A stretch of 64,000 nucleotides of DNA, from the NCBI GenBank assembly GCA_012295275.1, contig CM022679.1:28954001-29018000 (forward strand). Direction: 5' to 3'. Numbering within the stretch: the first letter of the stretch is position 1; each line of letters starts with the position of its first letter. Origin of the DNA: Chrysomallon squamiferum (taxonomy: Eukaryota; Animalia; Mollusca). The notes under the pieces were generated by a model. That model ran no database searches and was not told where the DNA came from. It was given only the letters and a program-made list of their open reading frames with translations. A program made the position numbers and the translations under genes. Positions 54,855-64,000 of the stretch are shown here, one piece after another.

Positions 54855-57538
54855 ATGGGGGCTCGAGAAAGTTCCCTGTTTATAGCAGTCTTATTAAGTC
54901 TGATTAATTTTAGTAGTGGACAAATAGTTGACTGTTCTCCATCGTCTGCGACCGAAAGTATCTACAACTTCACTGTAGCAGACATCCATCAGAAGTCGAA
55001 TATATCTCTCAGCAGGTACAGAGGAAACGTTGTCCTTGTCGTCAACGTCGCAACTTACTGAAGTTTAACTAAATTACATTATCTTGGACTGAATGCACTC
55101 AAAAACGTTCTGAAAAACGAAGCTTTTGAAATTCTTGCTTTTCCGTGTAACCAGTTTTTACGGGTAAAGTTTTAATTAATTAATTTATTTATTTATTGTT
55201 GTTGTTGTCCATTTTGTTCTTCTTGCTATTGATGTTGTAGTTGCCGTCGGCGTCATCATCATTGTAATAATAATTGTTATTATCTATTATTATTTAATTC
55301 ATAAGATAGAGAAAATATATTCGATATAAAAGGTATACTTGTATAATTTTTGAAATATAATGGCTGCTTTAAATATTTTAACCTTCACATTGTGTAATTT
55401 TTTTATATTTTGTGTTTATTTATATTTTTAATGGAATACAATTTTCTTTCTTTTTTCGTTTATATATATGTACACACACACACACACACACACATTGCAC
55501 ACACACACAAACAGAAACACACATACATACATACATATGTAATCTTGTGGCATATGGTGTATTTGTTATGTCTGTTGAACTATTACAGAATTATTTTCTG
55601 TTATCTAAATACCTTTTCTACATTAACAGACACTTTCATTCGACCGTCCTACTTAACGGGGAAAAAAAAAATATTTGAGTTAAACGATATTGGAATAAAT
55701 TAATAATATTAATAATATAATCTAATACCGCTTAGCCTTAGACTTGATAAATAAATAAATAAATAAATACATAAAATGGGTTAAATAAGAAATTATAAAT
55801 TCTTTATTAATTCTTCAAAATGACTTTTTTATTTTCTCCAGAGCATTAAAGCGAAGCTTTACGACGAAAAACCAATAAAAATACTAAGTTGTTTTTCATA
55901 ACAATACTAAAAAAAAAAAAAAAAAAAAAAATAAATAAATAAATAAAATAATAATAAATAAAAATAAGAATAAGAATTTAAATATAAAAAATTTAAGCGT
56001 CCTCTTTAGGCTCTTTGATTTTTTTGACATTTTAGGATTATTAAAAATTATTATTTCCTGTGTGTTACATGGGCTTATCGGTAGAACATATGAAAACTGA
56101 CGAAAAATTAAATTTCACTCAAAGGTGAATGAAAATAATTTTGATGAACCAGATGGAGGAAATTAGCCGCGGAAGAATTTGGTGACATCGAGGCAGTGAT
56201 ATATGACATAGCGTCTGACAGCTTAGCGTGGCGTTAGAGGAATTATCTTGCATTGGGTTGAAATTTAGTGGACTACTGGAAATCACATTTTGTATGTGCT
56301 ACGCATGCGCAGTTAGGAAGACGTGAAATATTTTCATGTTTCTCAAACATATTTTGAACGTGAAACTCCTTCACAGAATACCGGAAGAAGAAAAAAATAA
56401 AAATAAAAATAAAAATAAAAAAAAAGAAGAAGAAGAAGAAAAAAGAAAAGAAGGCGAATTATTATTATTATATATAACTGTATTGGGAAATGTTTGAATC
56501 CAAATATATGATGTGGTGGTGATGATGATGATGATAAAATATGTAAACATTTTCGTCTTTTAGAATTATCTTGCAGTATATGCATGCATGTATGTATGTA
56601 TGTATGTATATAGGTATGTATGTATGTATGTGTGTATGTATTATGTATGTATGTATGTATTACGTATGTATGTATGTATGAATGTGTATGAATGTGTATA
56701 TATATATATATATGAATGTACGTGTTTGTTGTTGTTGCTGTTGATGCTTTTATTACGTGTATTAATGCAGAAGGAGCCGGGGACGACTGCGGCTGAAATT
56801 TTAAATGGTATAAAGTTTGTGCGTCCTGGCGGAGGGTTTGTTCCTGACTTCGAGATGTTTGAGAAAACAGACGTGAACGGACGACAAGAACATCCTCTGT
56901 ACACCTACCTGAAGGTAAAATCACAAATCAGTTTTCTCTTAGCAACATCGGTCATTTACTTACATCGGCAAAAATCTATCACATGAAACATATACTGTCA
57001 TACATACGTTCATACATACATAGTCATACATACATACATATACAAACACGCACATACATATATCCTCAGACATGAACACACATACATACACACACACACA
57101 CATATATATATATGTAAGTGTTGTCTATATATATATATATACACAAACACACACACATCCATCCGTTCGTACCTACGTTCATAACACACACATATACACA
57201 CAAATAGATACCTTTGTCCGTACATACGTACCGACAAACGCAAGATATATTTACATACTCACACACTCACACAATTTTTGAAGTTATGTGACACTGTTGA
57301 TTATATTACTTTATTTGTTATTTATTTATCATATTTCGCTTGTGTACAGAAATACTGTCCCCAGACTCAGAAGACATTCAACAGCGGACTCTTTTATTCT
57401 CCGATCAAAGTGGGAGACATCGCGTGGAATTTTGAAACTTTCCTGATTAACAAGAACGGTCAAACAGTAAAACGTTACAATCCAAAAATAGATCCCAAAA
57501 CATTAGTGTACGATATCACAGAGGAACTTGGGAAATAA
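54855..57538 (+). CDS. GPx: Secreted selenocysteine glutathione peroxidase (GPx3-like); exons 54855-55163, 56771-56914, 57350-57538; Sec TGA at 55059-55061
   Basis: Hydrophobic signal peptide; [13 protein letters not shown]; [10 protein letters not shown]; [19 protein letters not shown]; [15 protein letters not shown]; [11 protein letters not shown]. The frame stays open past the TGA. Confidence 0.93.
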
Positions 57539-57769
57539 ATAAATAAATAAATAAAATTAAAATATCAAAAATAAATAAATAAAATAAAAATAAAAATAAC
57601 GCAATGAAGGAAATTGTATTTTTTAGTGCTTAATCTTTGTTGTCATCATTTTATAATAATAATAATAATAATCATAATCATAATAATAATAATAATAAAA
57701 ATAATGTAATGAAGCAACTAAGGTGTTTTTGCGTACACGTTATCACCATTTGGTATCATCCGTGTTGTA

Positions 57770-57826
57770 AAATTATGACGAGTATGTTTAAAAAGAGCCG
57801 ACTGACTCCTAATGTGCTCCGATAGG
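57770..57826 (+). promoter_or_regulatory. SECIS element (type II) in the GPx 3'UTR
   Basis: ATGAC core (57775); stem GAGTATGTT/AATGTGCTC fully paired with G-U; unpaired AAAA; mini-stem GAG/CTC; 3' core CGAT (57820-57823). Confidence 0.8.
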
Positions 57827-58107
57827 AGCTCTGACGTCATGAGGCTTTAGTGCATTCACCTCCTTGACAGCAGAGCTCCTTTACGAACACGAATGAAACA
57901 AAAATTGTGATTCTGTACGCCTCTGTATAAGTATTGTCAAGTAAATTTAACAAAAAATTAAAAGTTATTTGCTTCTTTATTTGTTTGTTCTTTTGTTCGT
58001 TTGTTTGCATGTACTGTAGATTTTGTTCCACAGAATATTAAACTATCGAGCAAGAAAAATTATTATTAATATAATTAATTAATAAATAAATTACAACAGC
58101 AATAATC

Positions 58108-58169
<62 letters not shown>

Positions 58170-59638
58170 AATCATCATCATCATCATAATAATAATAATC
58201 ATCATCATAATAATAATAATAATAATAATACACTAATGTAAAATAAAATACAATAAAAGCGGCTGACTGAAATCCTTCCTCTTGGTTAACCCGTACATTA
58301 AAACAAAAATTCCTATGGAACAAAAAACTTTTATATCTCACACACGAAGTTTTTAGAAAGATAATTAATGGCGATAGATCAAGAAAAGAAGCAACATTTT
58401 ATTTAATAATGAACTCAGATCATTTTTAATCAACGTTTTTGGAATATAATTGTTACTAAACAGTAAAAGAAACTCGCACCAGTGGTTACTCTTTTACTGT
58501 TAGCAGCAAAGTATCTTTTATATGCACCTTCCCAAACACTGTAGACCGTAACCGAGCTCTGGTAATATAGTTCTGCTAGTGATTTATAACAGTAAAGGTG
58601 AACAGTCAAGTATATTTCACTTTTGAATGAGAGTCGTTTCAATCAATATCATATGTATTGTTATATAGATTAAATTAACAGTACACCTGGTAAATACGCG
58701 TTAAATGTACTACAATTACATATATTATATGAGCTGTGAAGATATACCACTGCAACAGATGTTCACTTCTGTGGTTCAGTTGAATGTGGTGATGCCCATA
58801 TTATTTTCTGATGCAATACTCAGTTTAACACTGGTCTTAAAGTTAATTATGCTGTGTTAAATTATAGGTTTATCCAATATTCTAGATTTTGTTCTTTCTT
58901 CGCAAATTAACAGTCTATTGACGGTGTAGTTAAATAGACAGGTAGGTAGATAGACAGACAAACGGACGGACAGACAGACAGACAGAGAGATAGATAGACA
59001 GACAGATTAGTAGATAAACAAATATACAGATTTAGAAATAGAGAAAAACAAATAGATTTATCGATAGATAAAAGATAGATAGGTAGGTAGGTAGACAGGT
59101 ATTTAGATAGACACATAGACAGACAGTCAGATGGATAGGTGGATGGATAGATATATATATATATATAGACAGACAGATACATACATACATACATACATAC
59201 ATACATACATACATTCATACATACGTAGATAAACAGGTAAGAGAAAAAGATACACAGGTCCACCGAAGAATGATAATGTAGATAAGTGGATGCTGTTTTT
59301 CACTAATTAATATTATACATCAGCATCTGCAACCGTATCTGTAGCATACTACCACTAGTATTAGTAGAGTTGTTTCCCTTAGAGTCTATTCTTCTCTGTT
59401 AGAAATAGTTGTAGTTGGTGTTGTAGTCCTAGCAGTAGCAATAGTTGTTGTTGTAAAAGTAGAAGAAGTAAGGGTGAGCATCCTTCATCTGAAATTCAGA
59501 TTTCAGAGTAATTCTGTTCTTGGAATTTATGGAGACTGCTTGATATTAGGATCTAGGTCTGTATAAGAAATACATTCGTGTACAAATAGTTGGCAGGAAA
59601 TTTCGAATAAGAGATTCTCAACATGTAATAGTAGAAAA

Positions 59639-59677
<39 letters not shown>

Positions 59678-59879
59678 TAATAACTAGTAGTTCTAGTAGT
59701 AGTAGTAGCAGTAGTAGTAGTAGTAACAGCAGTCATAGCTGTAGTTATATCCTTTTTGTGTGACAGCAACAGTAGTAGCTGTTGATGTAGTAATATTAGC
59801 AGAAGTAGTAATGTTAACTATTTGAAACGTTGCTAAATAAGTAAATTAGTAAATAATATATAAAGGGATAAATATTACT

Positions 59880-59954
<75 letters not shown>

Positions 59955-60715
59955 CTATTAACCTGTCTCTCTGTCTGTTAGTCTATCTCAGTTATATTCA
60001 TATTTAGATTACCATATCTTTGTATTTTTCTTTATATTTATCTGCCTGCCTCTCTCTACATATGTGTGTACACATGTCTGTTACTGTATAGCTGCATTTA
60101 CTGGTGCTAAGACGTAGATAATAAACTATAATAAAATTATTCCGATGGCGGGGATTAAATGAGATGTCTTTTAAAGCAAATGGAGACTACAAAACTTATA
60201 GTAATATGCCATCTTCGTGCTGACATTATGCACCTTTTAAAGGACTGCTTTAAACAAATTATCCATTAGAACCAAACTCCCAACAGGCAACCGACAATGT
60301 TCACTTATATCTAATTTGTTAAGCACTTGCTGCTACTCGTAATTCAACGATAATTGTTACATCACGTGATACTGACGTCTGTCAGCTTTCCCGCGAAATA
60401 AGAAGACTCGCGACACTTGCAAACGAAATTGACTCGTCTCAGTTCAGTCGACAACACGTAGCAGGTGACAGACGATTCCATTTCGCGTTTTTTTTTTCTT
60501 CTTCTTTTCATTTCTGTCGCGTTAGAAAGGAGATGACATGGAGCCCTAGACGAGAGATGGTCTAAAAACTACAATCACGCAGCAAGTTTCGCGATATGTG
60601 CTTGTAATTGCAGGTTTGTGTTTGTTGTGGAACTTAGTGGATTATGAATACAGTCGATCCGTAACAAGTAGACAAACAAACGAAAAAGAATAATAATATC
60701 TTTTTATTCGAGAAC

Positions 60716-60805
60716 ATGGATACGAACATTAGAAGTAACCGAATTCGAAACTTTGTTTGCATGATGTTTCTTGTAGTATTCCTTCACCTTGGCGACACAA
60801 GGAGA
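60716..60805 (+). CDS. Probable first coding exon (signal-peptide-like) of an unidentified gene continuing downstream
   Basis: ATG with MDTNIRSNRIRNFVCMMFLVVFLHLGDTRR followed by a GTAAGT donor. Upstream acceptor (ttgcag, ~60613), CpG-rich region and TCAGTC initiator-like motif at ~60444. Confidence 0.4.
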
Positions 60806-61701
60806 GTAAGTTATTTAACTTTTATTTCATATATATATATAAATTTATCGATTCTAAAAAGTAAATACGTTATTCTTTACGGTTATTATTAAATATGTGT
60901 TTTCTTGTATTATAATAATAATAGTAATAATAATAATGATAATAATAATAATGATGATGAGAATAATAACGCAGAGGATGATGATGATGATGATAATGAT
61001 GATGATGATGATGATGATGATGATAATAATAATGAGAACAACAACAACAATATGCGCATCAGTAAGAAACCAAACTGTGAGGAAGATATAAATGGGCCCT
61101 ACGCTGTCTCCGCTAAGCAGCAGTACACCTGAAAGGGTGGGGTGCGCGTGTTTAGGGCGCGCGCCTTTTATCACAAACGGAAATTGTAGGTGCAGGTGCT
61201 TTCTTTGCAGTGTTTAATACAGTCCCAGAGAAAAAGCTCAGGAAATGAACAGTTTTCATCCGTTATTGATTTTCTCTAAAATATTTATAACGCTCAATTA
61301 TTCTTGTCAACCGACACGTGGGAATGGTAACAGATCTTCGTTGGCGGTTTCCTATTAACCAGATTTCACTAAGTGTGTGACGATAATTACAGTTCACCGA
61401 TGTCATGGATACGCGCAGATAGTTCCAGGGTGGGATTATACAAGTGGGGCGAAATGGTAAAAAGGCCCAGAGACTGCGATGGCCCAAGGTTTCCACAGAA
61501 TTTCAGATACAGTTTTCTCTGTCATAATTATGGTCTATTAATTTTTATGTTCCAAAAGGGCATATGGAAATAACTGGTAAATTTGATTACTCAGATGAGT
61601 TTCTGTTAAAAAAAAAAAAAAAATAAAATTAATAAATAAAAAATTTAAAAATCCAATAATACTTTGTATAAGATATTAATTTGAAACTTTTATCCCAACA
61701 G

Positions 61702-61732
<31 letters not shown>

Positions 61733-64000
61733 GAATAAAAGTTAAAAATGGCAGGTTGATTTTTATTTTATAAGAATATCATTTCTGATCTATCGACAAT
61801 ATATGAAACAAGAACTGACAACATATCCACGTTAAAATAATTTAAATAATATTTAATATTTAGTTAATTCAGTAAATAATTAACCGACTTTGGTTGGAAA
61901 TTAATTTAAATCTTTCTCCATTCCATCAGAAAAGCACGCTCGAAATAATTAATACAAGCAATATTACTGGTGCGTCACATTATTTGGATAAAAATATACT
62001 TTCAACATTGAAAGATCAGAAGAAGTAGTTCAGGGCTTAGTATGCTCTTTTCTGCCTGGATATCAAAAATAAATTCCAAAAACATTTCTGACCTCGCCTT
62101 GGGACATCTGAGCTTTTAGACACAATGCAAATAAATGTCACCGTTTCCATGAATATATAAAAGATAGTTTTTATTTTATTTTTCTAGCATTCCTTTTATT
62201 TAATTATTTTTTTTTTATCATTGTTATTATTATTATCATCATTTTTCGTTTGTTAAATTATACTGGCTATAAATAGAAGTGTTAAGATGGGACGATGATG
62301 ATTATGATGATGATTGTCGTTGTTTTCTTCTTCCATTTCTTCTTCTTCTTCATCTTCTTCTTCTTGATATTATTATTATTATTCCATTTCGACCAAGTTA
62401 ACGAGAAACTGAAAGTAATTAGCTTAGTTGTAGTCCCTGAAGCAGAAAACATTAATAATACAAAATAAGAGCACTTTGTTTGATTGTTTTTAGAGAGTGG
62501 GGCGAGCGAGGCAGTAAGAGGACATTAGCAACATACCAAATAGCCGACAAGAACATATCCCTCCTTCTTCACCATCATCTTATAATTAGCATTATTGTAG
62601 TTATCGTAACTAGTATTACTAGTACTGCTTGTGCTACTAATACTACCAGTACTACTTCTCCATAAAATAACAACAGCAATTATTCTGTTCGTCTTATTGG
62701 TATGGCTTCAACCAGTTTGGATACTGGGAAGGGGAGGGGAGAGAAAAAAAAAAATTAAATTAAAATTTAAAAACAATGATGATAATAATAATAATAATTA
62801 TAAAATAAAATAAATAAAATAAATAAGATATATAAAGTAAATAAGGAATGAAAGAAAGGAGATAAGATGTTACAATCAAATAAATAAATGGAACAACAAA
62901 ATAATCTGAAACTCTACGAAATTAAAATTAAATTAAATTAAATTAAACAGAAAAATTGTTTATTATCAAAATATAATATAATATAATATAATATAATATA
63001 ATACAATATAATATATAATGACAATTAAAAACAATTTCGTGTACGACTGCAGCTGATGATTTCTATGTTCAGTTGTATCTATTCCCGTAAGCCTTTGAAT
63101 CGACACTAATGTCATTATAATAACTAGTGAAGAGTAAAATGATTTGACAAGTTTATTTTGCAGAAGAAACCTTTCTAATTTACAATGAAGAATATCTCAG
63201 ATACATAATTTAAAGAATACGCAAATTTGAAACGATGGACCTACTAGATACTGAAGCTGCAGCCATTTGCATTACGTAAAAAAGTCATTAGAGGAAAAGA
63301 GATCTCTGTATTGTCGTCTCTCTAATTCTGACATTCTCAACTAGGGGCCAATGGGAGTAATTGCAAAAATAGGGGAGATTATAGGCAGGAGAAGGAATTT
63401 AACCATGAAATTAGTATTTAAAATAGGCGTGGAGGTGGGACAGGTGGATCGCTAGGGAAGGAATGTTTATCTTTGAAAACATAGCATACTAACCATGCAC
63501 CGTGTGGCCACGGCAGGCATGTTTGAATGTTTAATGGATGTAAGCGAGTTTCACGTAACTGGAGCAGAGTGAAATAACTCAGTAATTAGTGACAATGTAC
63601 GACTAAGCTACAGCTACATCTACCACTCATAAACTCAAAAAAGTCTGAAAAATATGCATCATTTACTCCACTAGTCATACAAATATGCAGCACTGACAAG
63701 CAGTTGACAGATATATGCTAATAAACTTAACTGCTAATGAACAGAAACAACTAAAACATCTCGATACAGGTGTCTGTAAACGAGCAGTTAGAACTGTACA
63801 TTATTAGTTTTACGTGCTTAACAAGAACAAAGAAGAAGCAGAAACATTAGCCACCGTATTTGTGTGACAATATTAATTTTAATGCATTGCTGTTCGATTT
63901 AGCTGATATTTTTTGTTCTCTTTTATTTAGTTTTCAACTGAGTATCCATTCATCAGAAATATCCCTATCCATTATTAACTACCGCAGGTTTTATCCTGCC

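Noticed and set aside
55059-55061. Premature stop making GPx a pseudogene
   Set aside because: The TGA is at the Sec position, the frame continues and a SECIS is present
56050-56345. Higher-complexity CpG-bearing patch in GPx intron 1 (and a similar one at 61260-61510) as ncRNA or exon
   Set aside because: No recognisable RNA family, coding signal or terminal repeats. Probably repeat remnants, but this cannot be supported from the sequence alone.

Overview
AT-rich, microsatellite-laden animal genomic DNA with spliceosomal genes. The repeat remnants and gene content suggest an invertebrate, probably a mollusc (inference). Left to right: a 7-exon leucine-rich-repeat gene (-), head-to-head with CCDC57 (+); NUF2 (-), head-to-head with ELP6 (+); a recent three-copy tandem array of BTB/POZ modules (~29.2-54.6 kb); a secreted selenocysteine glutathione peroxidase with an in-frame TGA and a 3'UTR SECIS; and the probable first exon of an unidentified gene. 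The standout is a 2.34-kb GC/CpG-rich endogenous parvovirus/densovirus-like element (35255-37592) with NS1-type HUH endonuclease and SF3 helicase motifs. It sits in only one array copy, and the other two keep the empty site, so the junctions can be read to the base: ~23-bp target loss, no TSD. Other notable points: the two BTB modules of each unit may be one two-BTB gene with a stop/restart micro-exon and a variable-length acidic loop; several minisatellites are seeded exactly at splice sites or stop codons; and the GPx has non-canonical active-site residues. Gene names come from remembered homologue motifs, and no database search was run.
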